41,086 bases of DNA from Candidatus Aenigmatarchaeota archaeon (GCA_018920305.1 JAHLMO010000004.1:1-41086); one strand, 5' to 3'. Shown: positions 25,589 through 35,422, counted from the first letter of the stretch. Program-made: numbers and translations. The notes: generated by a model from the letters alone, not told the origin.

Positions 25589-28500
25589 TGCTAAGCCCGC
25601 CGGGGGATGCCTCGGCTCGGGAGCCGAAGAAGGGCGTGCCAAGCTGCGATAAGCCCGGGGTAGGCGCATGGAGCCTTTGATCCCGGGATCCCCGAATGGG
25701 AATCCTGCTAGGGATTTAAGATCCCTAGCACTCGGGCTTTATGCTCGAGGGGGAACGGGGGGAAGTGAAGCATCTCAGTACCCCCAGGAAAAGAAATCAA
25801 TAGAGATGCCGGGAGTAGGGGCGACCGAAACCGGCACAGGGCAAACCGAACTCTATAGCGATGAGCTATAGGGGATGTGGAGTTGTAGGACCCGGGTCTA
25901 CCCTTCCTCCCATATCCGAAGTCCGCTAGAATGCGGCGCCGTAGAGGGTGATAGCCCCGTAGGAGAAATGGGAGGGGGGTAATGCCGGGTATTCTGAGTA
26001 CCACTGCGTGGTTTCGCAGTGGGAAGCTGGGGGGCATTACCCTCCAACTCTAAATACTCCCCGAGTCCGATAGCGAACTAAGTATCGTGAGAGAAAGGTG
26101 AAAAGAACTGCGTGAGCAGAGTGAAAAGAGCCTGAAACCGGCGGGCGACGGTTAGCCATGGCCCAAAAGCTTACCTCCTCTAAAGAGCTAAATACTCGAA
26201 GAGGGGGTAGCGGGGTCATGGCGTCCGTGTTGAAAAACGGGCCAGGGAGTGTGGGGGAGTGGCGAGCTTAAGAGAATTAATCTCGAAAGCGTAGCGAAAG
26301 CGATTTCCCGCAGCGCATATGCGCGAGGGGAAAGGTCTTAAAGGGCCTTAAGTCACTTCCCCACAACCGGAAGCCGGGCGATCTAGGCCGGGGCAGGGTG
26401 AAGGGGGTTAATAACCCCTGGAGGTCCGAAGGGGTGGTGAGATGCCAGTCTCTCCTCTGACCCCGGTCTAGGGGTGATAAGCCAAACGAGCCCGGGCATA
26501 GCCGGTTCCCCCCGAAATAGTCCACAGGCTAGCCTCCCTGGAGCATTCCTGGCGTGTAGAGTTACTGATTGAACGATAAGGGCCGAAAGGCCTGGTCGTT
26601 CAGTCAAACTCCGAAGCACCAGGATGCGAAGAAGGGGGGAGTTGGGGTGCTGGGGAAAGCTCGGCATCCGAAAGGGGAACAACCCAGTCCCGGGTTAAGG
26701 TCCCAAAGTGGTCTCTAAGTGCCGAAGGGGTCAACCCCCTTAGACAGCGGGGCCGTAGGCCTAGAAGTAGCCATCGGCTAAAAAGTGTGTAACAACTTAC
26801 CCGCCGAGGGGGTTGGCCTTGAAAATGGAAGGGACTAAGAGACTCACCGAGACCCGGGACCACCTAGCTGAGCTAGGTGGTGGTAGGGGGGCGTGCTATG
26901 GGTTGAGAAGGGGGTGAGTGATCATCCCTGGAACCCATAGCAATGCAGATCCTGGCAGCAGTAGCAGCTTAGTGGGGTGAAAATCCCCACTCCCTTAGGG
27001 GCAAGGGTTTGCCGGCAATGTTCGTCAGCCGGCAGTTAGCCGGTCCTAAGGGCAGGGCTAATCTACCTGCCCGAAAGGGAAACCGGTTAATATTCCGGTG
27101 CCACCCCCATACATGCGGCAACGCAAGCCCTGTTGGTGACGCCTCGGGCTAGGCGGAGGTAACCCAAGCCTATAAGCCCCCGAAGTCTCGTAATGAGGAG
27201 AAGGGGGTGAAATGGCGATGGGCCTGGTGTATGCCAGGTTCCGCCGATGCCTGGGGCCTGTGAAAAGCCAACAGGGAAGGATTGGGGGCGACCGTACCGA
27301 GAACCGACACAGGTGCCCTGGCTGAGAAGGCTAAGGGGGTGCGGGATAACCCGCCCTAGGGAACTCGGCAAGTTGGCCCCGTATGTTCGCTAGAAGGGGT
27401 GCCTGGACTCCTGAACTATCGCTCAGCGAAAAGCTGGGTGATAGCTAGGGAGCCCAGGTCGCAGTGACAAGGGGAGGGCGACTGTTTAACAAAAACATAG
27501 GGGGCTGCAAGCCCGAAAGGGTGTGTACAGCCCCTGAGGTCTGCCCAGCGGGGGTGTGTGAAAGCCGGTTCCAACCGGCTGAAGCCACCCCCGAGCGGCG
27601 GCGGTAACCCTGACCGTCGTAAAGTACCGTAATTCCTTGCCGCTTAATTGGCGGCCAGGGAACGGCTTAACGACCCTCCCACTGTCCCAGGGCGGGACCC
27701 GGCGAAAATACCATCCTGGTGAATAGGCTAGGGACCTCCAGCGGGAAGCGAAGACCCCGTGGAGCTTTACTGCAGCCTGGCGTTGCCCTCTGGGTAAGGA
27801 TACGTAGAGTAGGTGGGAGCAATGAAGATGTGGCTCCGGCTACATCGGATGCGAAAGTGAAACACCACCTATCCTTACCTAGGGGGCTAACTCGGATGAG
27901 GACAGCGCCAGGTGGGCAGTTCGGCTGGGGCGGCTCCCTTCGAAAAGATATCGGAGGGGCCCAAAGGTCAGCTCAGGCGGGTCAGAAATCCGCCGTAGAG
28001 TGCAAGGGCAAAAGCTGGCCTGACTGGATCCCGACAACAAGGGATCCAGAGGCGAAAGCCGGGCCTAGCGATACGCTGGTTGCCTGTAATGGGCGCCAGC
28101 GGTAACGGAAAAGCTACCCCGGGGATAATGGGTCCGTGGCCGGCGAGAGTCCATATCGACCCGGCGCGTTGATACGTAGATGTCGGCTCCCCCCCTCCTG
28201 GGCGTGCAGAAGCGCCCAAGGGTACAGGTGCCCACTGGTTAAAGGGGGACGTTAGCTGGGTTCAGAACGTGGTGACACAGTTCGGCCGGTATCTGCTGGG
28301 GGTGCAGGGGGCCTGACCGGAACGACCTCCTAGTACGAAAGGAACGGAGGTCGGGGGCCTCTGGTGTACCGGTTGTTAATCGCAAGCCGGGCAGCTACGC
28401 CCCAGTGGATAAGCCCTGAAAGCATCTAAGGGCGAAGTCACCCGGGAAAACAGGCCCCCAATCGTACTGCTGGGAGAAATCCCGGCAGTACGACGAAGCC

Positions 28501-28599
28501 CCTCCTAGACGAGGAGGTTGATGGGGTGGGGGTGTAAGCGTCGAGCTTTCGAGCGAGGCGCGAGCCCGCCACTCCCAATAAGGCTAGGCCACCAACCCG
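25578..28599 (+). rRNA. rrl: 23S rRNA (archaeal, stand-alone; ends approximate)
   Basis: GC-rich ~3 kb block with conserved LSU motifs (AAGCTGCGATAAG, GAAGCATCTCAGTACCC, GAAGACCCCGTGGAGCTTTAC, GATGTCGGCTC, CTGAAAGCATCTAAG) and complementary termini. Confidence 0.98.
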
Positions 28600-28621
28600 A
28601 TTAAAATCTTGTATCTCCCTC
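28589..28621 (+). other. 3' arm of the 23S processing stem with bulge-helix-bulge motif
   Basis: CCACCAACCCG-ATTA-AAA-TCTTGTATCTCCCTC, complementary to 25556-25588. Confidence 0.9.
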
Positions 28622-28677
28622 AATGGTTAAGTAATTAGAAAAAAATATTTATACTTTTTCGTATATAAATTAATAAC

Positions 28678-28869
28678 ATGATAATACCGGTTAGATGTTT
28701 TACATGTGGAAAAGTAATAGGACATTTATGGGAAGAATATGAAAGAAGAGTTAAAAATGGAGAGGAAGCAAAAAAAGTTTTAGATGATTTAGGATTAAAA
28801 AAATATTGTTGTAGACAAATACTTTTAACTCATAGAGAATTAATAAAAGAAATTGCAAAATTTAAATAA
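28678..28869 (+). CDS. rpoN: RNA polymerase subunit N (Rpo10)
   Basis: [12 protein letters not shown]...LDDLG..KYCCR. Confidence 0.98.
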   Translation: MIIPVRCFTCGKVIGHLWEEYERRVKNGEEAKKVLDDLGLKKYCCRQILLTHRELIKEIAKFK

Positions 28870-29117
28870 TGTATCCAAAAGATAGATTAACAAGATTTGA
28901 AGTAGCGAGAATTATTTCAGCAAGAGCACTACAAATCGAATTTGGTGCTCCTTGTTTTGTCGATATAAAAGGAAATTCAATACAAAAAGCTAAAGAAGAA
29001 TTTAAGAGAAAATTAATACCTTTATCTGTTAGAAGAAGGATGCCTAATGGAGAAATAGTTGAAGTTGATTTAGAAAAAGCTATTGATAATTGGCTGAAGG
29101 AACACGGCGACGTTTAA
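28869..29117 (+). CDS. rpoK: RNA polymerase subunit K (Rpo6)
   Basis: LTRFEVARIISARALQI..GAP, A.EE.....IPLSVRR. Confidence 0.96.
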   Translation: MYPKDRLTRFEVARIISARALQIEFGAPCFVDIKGNSIQKAKEEFKRKLIPLSVRRRMPNGEIVEVDLEKAIDNWLKEHGDV

Positions 29118-29682
29118 ATACAAAATAAATTATTAGAATTAATGCAATTAAAGAACAACAAAATATTATTAAAATTTTAAATAAAAAATCTCTTTTTTCT
29201 TCTTTAGAATCTTTTGTAGGAAAGTCTTTTTGATTTTCAAAATGAGATTTAAATAATTTCAAATTTTTTAAATCTATTAGATAACTTTCAACTTCTCTAT
29301 TATTGTTGTAAATTTTTAAAATTTTTGAATTGTTTGGAAGATTAATTATAACATTTTTAATAATAAAGTCATATTTCTCTATTCTTTTTCCTCTTATTAA
29401 ATCGAAAGTTTCTTCGAAGAATTCGTCTTCAGTATAATCTAAGTATATCGATTTAATTTTTTTCTCATTTTCATCAAAAATTGATATTTCTATTTTTCCC
29501 ATCTTATTAATACTTTCACTTTCATTTTCTATTATATTGATTCCACTATAAAAGTAATAGGTTGAAAGAGAAATATCACCTTCTTTACTAATTAGAATTT
29601 GTAGTTCCAAGTAAATTTGAGAAAGAGTTATATTAATAGCTAGAAACAAAAAATTAATTAAGACGAAATATTTTAGAATCAT
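29080..29682 (-). CDS. Secreted membrane-anchored beta-rich protein; paralog of the N-domain of 29679-30404
   Basis: Signal peptide, C-terminal TM plus KRRR; shared G.....I.D.N.K.I and LKIY...RE patterns. Confidence 0.75.
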   Translation of the reverse strand: MILKYFVLINFLFLAINITLSQIYLELQILISKEGDISLSTYYFYSGINIIENESESINKMGKIEISIFDENEKKIKSIYLDYTEDEFFEETFDLIRGKRIEKYDFIIKNVIINLPNNSKILKIYNNNREVESYLIDLKNLKLFKSHFENQKDFPTKDSKEEKRDFLFKILIIFCCSLIALILIIYFVFKRRRVPSANYQ

Positions 29683-30404
29683 AATTTTTTAATATATTTA
29701 ACTTTTTTGTAATAGTGGATGAACAAGAAAAGAGAAATGATGATAATTATAATAAAGATAATCCATATTGGAAATCTAGTTGTCTCGATTATACAATCTG
29801 GATCATCAATACAATTTTCATCACAAATACCATCCCTTATGTTTAAACAGATTATATTAGGTTTTAATTCTACGCAATCTGGATCTATTCCGGGAAGACA
29901 ATCGGGATCACAAATACCATCTCTGTCTTTAATACAAACACCATCTCTACTATCTAATGGACAATCTGAGAGACAACTCAAATAACTCTCATATTCTTCA
30001 CAAATCTTATTGTAATTACATAGCGAAAATTCTTTAGAGAAAATTTCCCTTTCGTCCTTATAAATTTTTAAATATCTATATTCTATATTCTTATCATATA
30101 GAAATCTTACATGGATAACTGTAAAATCTACTTCAATGGGAGGATTTGTTAAAATATAAAATACTGGTTGAAATGTAGTTTCATTAATAACTTTCTTATT
30201 TTTATCTAGTATTTGTAACTTGTAATTTCCAGGAATAGTAAAAATTGTAGGGTTACCAATTCTTACTTTAATTTCATCAATTTTAACGCTATCATTTTTA
30301 TATATTTCAAAAAGTATAGATAAAACTGATTGAGAAAGAGATATATAGAATAAGAATTGCAATAGAATAGTGATAAAAAATAAAAATAAGTATACTTTTC
30401 TCAT
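29679..30404 (-). CDS. Secreted membrane-anchored protein with Cys/Asp-rich DGICD repeats
   Basis: Signal peptide; DGVC, DGICDPDC, DGICDENC; C-terminal TM. Confidence 0.8.
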   Translation of the reverse strand: MRKVYLFLFFITILLQFLFYISLSQSVLSILFEIYKNDSVKIDEIKVRIGNPTIFTIPGNYKLQILDKNKKVINETTFQPVFYILTNPPIEVDFTVIHVRFLYDKNIEYRYLKIYKDEREIFSKEFSLCNYNKICEEYESYLSCLSDCPLDSRDGVCIKDRDGICDPDCLPGIDPDCVELKPNIICLNIRDGICDENCIDDPDCIIETTRFPIWIIFIIIIIISLFLFIHYYKKVKYIKKL

Positions 30405-30417
30405 AATAATTTAAAAT

Positions 30418-31806
30418 TTAACATTGAAGAAATGGAAGTGAAGATAAGTATTTCCAACTTTCTTCGGCAAAAGCTCTAGGTTCTGGTGCTCCTGCAAAAC
30501 TCATTATATCCCTTCCTCCGAATCTATTTTTATTACCAAAACAAGTTACATCGTAGCTTCTCGGACATTTTGTACCTCTTTCACCACAATATTCTCTTGT
30601 ATATGGTGGAACAGGATCATCTCCACTAAGATACGATTTTAAACAGTTAGCTCTTGGATTTACTAAACCAAAACCACATCTACACGCATCTATATATTCG
30701 TCGTTAAGTCCAAATTCATGACCAAGTTCATGAGTAGTTATTTCTCTAGAAAGTGCTGATGCAACAACTACTTTCATCAGCATAGAATAACCGCCAGCTC
30801 CACAAATTAAACCTTCTACTAGACCAACAATATAGTCATATGTTTCTCCTGTACTATCTGCGCACCTTTTGATTTCCATCAAATTATTCCTTAGACCTAT
30901 ATTACCACACTCTATTTTAAATCTACAATTTTTTTCGACTATTATAGACTTAACCTTTTCTGGACAAGCAGATAATGGAATACTTTTAACAAAAAAATCA
31001 AATTGTTCCTCGGCAGCTCTTCTAAAACTTTGCATATCTCTATTCCAATTTACAGGTATAAACAGAATTCTCAATTTTGGTTTTTCTTCTATACAATCAA
31101 TTCCGTTCCAATATTTTCCTTCTTCGCAACATGCTCTACTATATTTTTTAAAACCAGATGCAACTGGATTGCATCTTAAATTACCAGAACATTGATTATC
31201 ACAAAAACATTCTTCTCCTCTATTTTTTTTCTTTGTGTATCCTTTTTCGTCTGAATTTGGATCTTCTGGACAACAAACTTTTTCTTTAGTATCTTCAATA
31301 CAATCTATTGAATTTCTACAATTCTCACCAATGAATCTATTACAATAACCATCTCCAATACATATTGGATTTGGTCCTTTACATTCTCTCGATTCCAATT
31401 TGCATTTTTCTATATCACAAAAATTAGTAGAAATATTAATTGGATAATCACAGTTAAAAATTTTTATCTTTTCGGAATCTTTTAGAATACAATATTTAGA
31501 AGCTTTATATATTTCTGTTTCTTCTATATTAAAATCGAGAAAAAAAGAATAGTTTCTATTCCCAATATTAATTTTTATTATATTATCTTTAACTATTAAA
31601 TCACTTAATCCAAGAAAATATTGTGTATAAAAATATTCTGTTGAAATTTTCGAAATTTTCTTAATTAATTCGATAAAATTTTTAACTTTCTCTTCTTCTA
31701 TCTTTTTTTCGATTTCTTTAGAAAAATAAAATAATAAGTTTTGAACAGAAGAAAATATTATAATTCCTATAAGAAATGAAATAATTATTATAGATATCAA
31801 ATTCAT
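30418..31806 (-). CDS. Membrane-anchored (pilin-like N-terminus) zinc metallopeptidase with Cys-rich linker
   Basis: N-terminal hydrophobic helix; HELGHEFGLNDEY zinc motif; Met-turn-like DIMS. Confidence 0.82.
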   Translation of the reverse strand: MNLISIIIISFLIGIIIFSSVQNLLFYFSKEIEKKIEEEKVKNFIELIKKISKISTEYFYTQYFLGLSDLIVKDNIIKINIGNRNYSFFLDFNIEETEIYKASKYCILKDSEKIKIFNCDYPINISTNFCDIEKCKLESRECKGPNPICIGDGYCNRFIGENCRNSIDCIEDTKEKVCCPEDPNSDEKGYTKKKNRGEECFCDNQCSGNLRCNPVASGFKKYSRACCEEGKYWNGIDCIEEKPKLRILFIPVNWNRDMQSFRRAAEEQFDFFVKSIPLSACPEKVKSIIVEKNCRFKIECGNIGLRNNLMEIKRCADSTGETYDYIVGLVEGLICGAGGYSMLMKVVVASALSREITTHELGHEFGLNDEYIDACRCGFGLVNPRANCLKSYLSGDDPVPPYTREYCGERGTKCPRSYDVTCFGNKNRFGGRDIMSFAGAPEPRAFAEESWKYLSSLPFLQC

Positions 31807-31808
31807 AG

Positions 31809-32324
31809 TTATACTACTCTTAAAACAATATAACCAACCTCTCCATCAGGTATAGGAATTGTCAAAACATAACTTTTTATATTACTTTTTCTGTTATCTA
31901 ATATATCATTACCATAGACATAGTATAACGTTTGATTATAATATATAACTAATTGCCATCTATTTTTTCCTATAAAATTATCAAAAATAGGAAAAATTAT
32001 ATCTGAAACATTATATGCTCCCAATGAAATTCCATAAAAGACTTTATCTCCTAAATCTATTCTTTTTCTTGTTTCTTCATCATATCTTTTTAAATATAAT
32101 AAACTATCGATCATCATTTGAAGGTATGTTTTTTCTAATGTTTGAAATTTTGCAATATATAATTTGGCAATTAATCTAAGTGCTAAATCATCGAATACTA
32201 TAGATCTAGATATTTCATGAGTTTTAGAGGAAAAATAAGAAGTATAATAGATAGAATAAATTATTACAAAAGAAGTAATAATTACAACAATTATAATCCA
32301 TATTAATTCTGATTGAAATATCAT
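31809..32324 (-). CDS. Pilin-like protein (single N-terminal hydrophobic helix)
   Basis: Likely start ATG 32324: MIFQSELIWIIIVV; C-terminal IPIPDG...I.L strand. Confidence 0.65.
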   Translation of the reverse strand: MIFQSELIWIIIVVIITSFVIIYSIYYTSYFSSKTHEISRSIVFDDLALRLIAKLYIAKFQTLEKTYLQMMIDSLLYLKRYDEETRKRIDLGDKVFYGISLGAYNVSDIIFPIFDNFIGKNRWQLVIYYNQTLYYVYGNDILDNRKSNIKSYVLTIPIPDGEVGYIVLRVV

Positions 32325-32345
32325 AAAATTATTATTTTTATTTTT

Positions 32346-34148
32346 ATGAAAAAAAAGTTTAAAATTCAATCAACTCATTTTTTAGCTATAATTTCAATAG
32401 TAATTTCTCTTTTTTCAATTTCTTTAATAATTTTTTATAATGAATATTTTAGGTCAAAATATTTGGAAGAACAAGAAAAAATAAATTTTAAAAACGAAGT
32501 TTATCAAATCGCTAAAAAATTAATAAGTTGTTTAGGAGAGGAAAAAGAAGGAATTTTTTATATTAACAAATCTAAACTCGACAAATTTTCTAAATTATAT
32601 GAAGAAATTGAGCCGAGATGTGCAATAGCAGATAGTTTTGATTATACAGTTAAAGTAATTCAATTAGAAAAAGAAATACGAAACTATCCATTTAATTTAG
32701 GAGGGGGATGTGGATGGGCATGGGTAATAAATAGTGGAGCGGGTAAAATGCATAGTTCTGTTTCTTTAGTAACTTCAGATGGAAAAGAATTAAGAAGACA
32801 CTATACATCTCCAAATATGGATGGAGATCCTTCTAGAACTGCTGTTGATAAAATGGGAAATATATGGGTTGGTAATAGAAATAATAATTTGTTAGTGAAA
32901 ATTGCGTTTGATAAAAATCTTTGTAAAGGAAAAATTCCAGAAGATGTTAATAAAAACGGTAAAATAGATGAAGATGAAATGATTTCTTTTAATGAAGATG
33001 GATGTATATTGGCAAAAATTTATTTGAAAGATTGTTATAGAGGAGATAGAGGTATAAGGGCTGTGTGTATTGATAAAGATGAAAATGTATATGTAGGATG
33101 CTGGGATAGTAGAAAATTATTTAAAATTTCTAAAGATGGAAAAATAGAAAAAGAGTGGCGACTTCCATCTAGTCCTTATGGTTGTGTAGTTGGTAACGAT
33201 GGAAAAGTATACATTACTACACTTTCTTCTAATATTTTAATATTAGATCCAGAAAGCGGAAATATAGAAAATATAAATATTGGTACATATGAAGCTACTT
33301 ATGGTGTTTGGAGATGTTATAATTTAGATTGCATAGTTTTTTCTACATGGCAAGATGGAGGAGTAATTTTATTCGATACAACTTCTAAAAAAATAATTTG
33401 GAAAAATTATTGCGGTAGCTATACTAGAGGAGTTTTCGTTGATAAAGAAAATAATATTTATGTAGTTTCTAGTAGTCACTCTAAAGTATGTAAATTTAAT
33501 TTTAAAGGAAAACTCATAAAGGAAGCACTTACTTGTAAAGAACCAACAGGAATATCTATGGATGCTTGTGGTAATTTATGGGTTGAATGCAGATCTTCAG
33601 GAATCGATATCTTTGATACAGATCTTAATAAAATCAATTCCTTTACAATCTTAGGTTCTCACTATACCTATTCTGATTTTACTGGTTTTCTTTCAGATGC
33701 AAGAGTAGAGATAGCAGAGGTTGAGGAAAGAAAAATCATCATAGAAAGAAAAGAGTGGAATTTTGGTTTAAGAGGTAGTGAAGTTTTAGGTGGAAAAATA
33801 TCTATAGGTCCAAAAATTTATTACGAAACTTCAATTTCTTTACCTATTTTAATAAAATATAATGAGACACATATAATCGAAGGAATTTTAGTAATCACAG
33901 CTTATAAAGGATTTTTAGAAATTTTCTATAGCTTCCTAGACAGTTTATGCAATAAAGAAATAAAAGAATTAGAAATATCAAAAAAATTTTATTTCGATTA
34001 TGATGTAAAAGTATTTAAAGATAAAGTATGTAGCGAAAATGTCTGTAAAAAACTTGTTTGTAATTATGATATAGAGGAAAAAGAATTTAAAAAAGGAGAA
34101 AATATAATAAATATAAAAATATATGACGGAAAACTAATTTTTAGTTAA
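32346..34148 (+). CDS. Pilin-like protein carrying an NHL/Vgb-like beta-propeller
   Basis: Likely start ATG 32346: MKKKFKIQS plus TM. Blades PSRTAVD..GNIWV, IRAVCIDKDENVYV, PYG..V..DGKVYI, TRGVFVD..NNIYV, PTGISMD..GNLWV; YTYSDFTG; Ca-binding-like DVNKNGKID. Confidence 0.8.
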   Translation: MKKKFKIQSTHFLAIISIVISLFSISLIIFYNEYFRSKYLEEQEKINFKNEVYQIAKKLISCLGEEKEGIFYINKSKLDKFSKLYEEIEPRCAIADSFDYTVKVIQLEKEIRNYPFNLGGGCGWAWVINSGAGKMHSSVSLVTSDGKELRRHYTSPNMDGDPSRTAVDKMGNIWVGNRNNNLLVKIAFDKNLCKGKIPEDVNKNGKIDEDEMISFNEDGCILAKIYLKDCYRGDRGIRAVCIDKDENVYVGCWDSRKLFKISKDGKIEKEWRLPSSPYGCVVGNDGKVYITTLSSNILILDPESGNIENINIGTYEATYGVWRCYNLDCIVFSTWQDGGVILFDTTSKKIIWKNYCGSYTRGVFVDKENNIYVVSSSHSKVCKFNFKGKLIKEALTCKEPTGISMDACGNLWVECRSSGIDIFDTDLNKINSFTILGSHYTYSDFTGFLSDARVEIAEVEERKIIIERKEWNFGLRGSEVLGGKISIGPKIYYETSISLPILIKYNETHIIEGILVITAYKGFLEIFYSFLDSLCNKEIKELEISKKFYFDYDVKVFKDKVCSENVCKKLVCNYDIEEKEFKKGENIINIKIYDGKLIFS

Positions 34149-34159
34149 TTAATAAAAAG

Positions 34160-35416
34160 ATGAATCCAATTCACATTTCTATAATAATATTTTCGGTTTT
34201 TATTTTATTATTAAGTTATTTTTTCTTGAATGTTAATTTTTCAAAATTTGCTGAAAAGTTTTTTGAAATTAAAAAGATAGATATATTTGAAAATATAAAA
34301 AATATTATTTCATCTTATTCTAAGTTATCTCTTTATTATTCAGCAACTTATAATTTGAGAGGCGAATCCCATACATGGATTTTTAATGGTTTCAATCCCT
34401 TAGAGTTTGAATTTTTAAAAAGTTGTAAAGAAAATATTACTAGAGATTTATTTAATACTTATTTATCAAAATTTTATATTTCTCTACCTCTAAATATAAA
34501 TATAAATTTTACTCAAAAATGTCAGTGGAATTTAAAGGAAGAAGATGTATTTTTCGGAAAGCATGATGAAGGAAAATTTAGTTTAAATTGCTCAGAAGTA
34601 GAAATTATTATCTTTACTAATGATACTATTTCGTTAGATAAAATTGAACCAGAAAATTTTATAACGAATAATAGATATTGGTATTTATATAGAAAAATAT
34701 ATGAGTGGGCTAGAGAAAATGGTGATGAATTTGCAAGTTGTGTTTGTAGCTTAGTTAGTTCTTGTGCAGATTGTAAATCAATAGATATATGCTATCAAAA
34801 TTTGTTTGAATCTTTAAAAGAAAAGTTTAAAGATGATGAATATGTAATTTGTAGAAAAACAAAACCATGTTGCTATAGAGAATTGGGTGAGCCTTGTATT
34901 GATTTAGACGGTTGTCACTTTTGGACAAAAAATATTTGCTATTTAGATCCAAATTATGAATGTCCTTCTATAGGTTCTAATTTTGAGAAAGTGTTTCCTA
35001 TTACTAGGGTTTCTTCTTCAAATGTTTTTATTTATTTAACATGTTTATGGATCGAAAATAGAATGGAAACGAGTGTAATTTATGAATGCAGCGAACATAA
35101 ATATTATGAATCAACACCTTCAGGTCCTGATAAGCTAATCTTTACAATTGGAGTTTTTGCAGGTTGGAAAAATTATAAAGCTTGCAGAGAGATAATAGAA
35201 TGTTATTATGACGCAAATAATGCTAAATGCAAAAATTGTAATAATAATATATGTGAAGTTTGTTATTTGCCTTTTATAAGTTGTGAAAAAAAACCATGCT
35301 ATCCACCTCCAAAATACATGGAATGTATGAATTGTAAAGCTCAATGTAGAAATGAAACTTGTAAAGTCATAAGATGCGAAGAATGTAAGGATAAAGAAGA
35401 AAAATGTTTTTCCTAA
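34160..35416 (+). CDS. Membrane-anchored cysteine-rich extracellular protein (pilin-like N-terminus)
   Basis: N-terminal TM; RYWYLY motif; very Cys-rich C-terminal half. Confidence 0.75.
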   Translation: MNPIHISIIIFSVFILLLSYFFLNVNFSKFAEKFFEIKKIDIFENIKNIISSYSKLSLYYSATYNLRGESHTWIFNGFNPLEFEFLKSCKENITRDLFNTYLSKFYISLPLNININFTQKCQWNLKEEDVFFGKHDEGKFSLNCSEVEIIIFTNDTISLDKIEPENFITNNRYWYLYRKIYEWARENGDEFASCVCSLVSSCADCKSIDICYQNLFESLKEKFKDDEYVICRKTKPCCYRELGEPCIDLDGCHFWTKNICYLDPNYECPSIGSNFEKVFPITRVSSSNVFIYLTCLWIENRMETSVIYECSEHKYYESTPSGPDKLIFTIGVFAGWKNYKACREIIECYYDANNAKCKNCNNNICEVCYLPFISCEKKPCYPPPKYMECMNCKAQCRNETCKVIRCEECKDKEEKCFS

Positions 35417-35422
35417 AAAATT

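Noticed and set aside
25578-28599. Intron or homing endonuclease in the 23S gene, or a foreign GC-rich island
   Set aside because: The length (~3.0 kb) is normal, conserved motifs are colinear and there is no AT-rich insert. High GC is expected for a thermophile rRNA.
25668-28623. ORF-track ORFs within the GC-rich block
   Set aside because: They are spurious frames inside the 23S rRNA gene.
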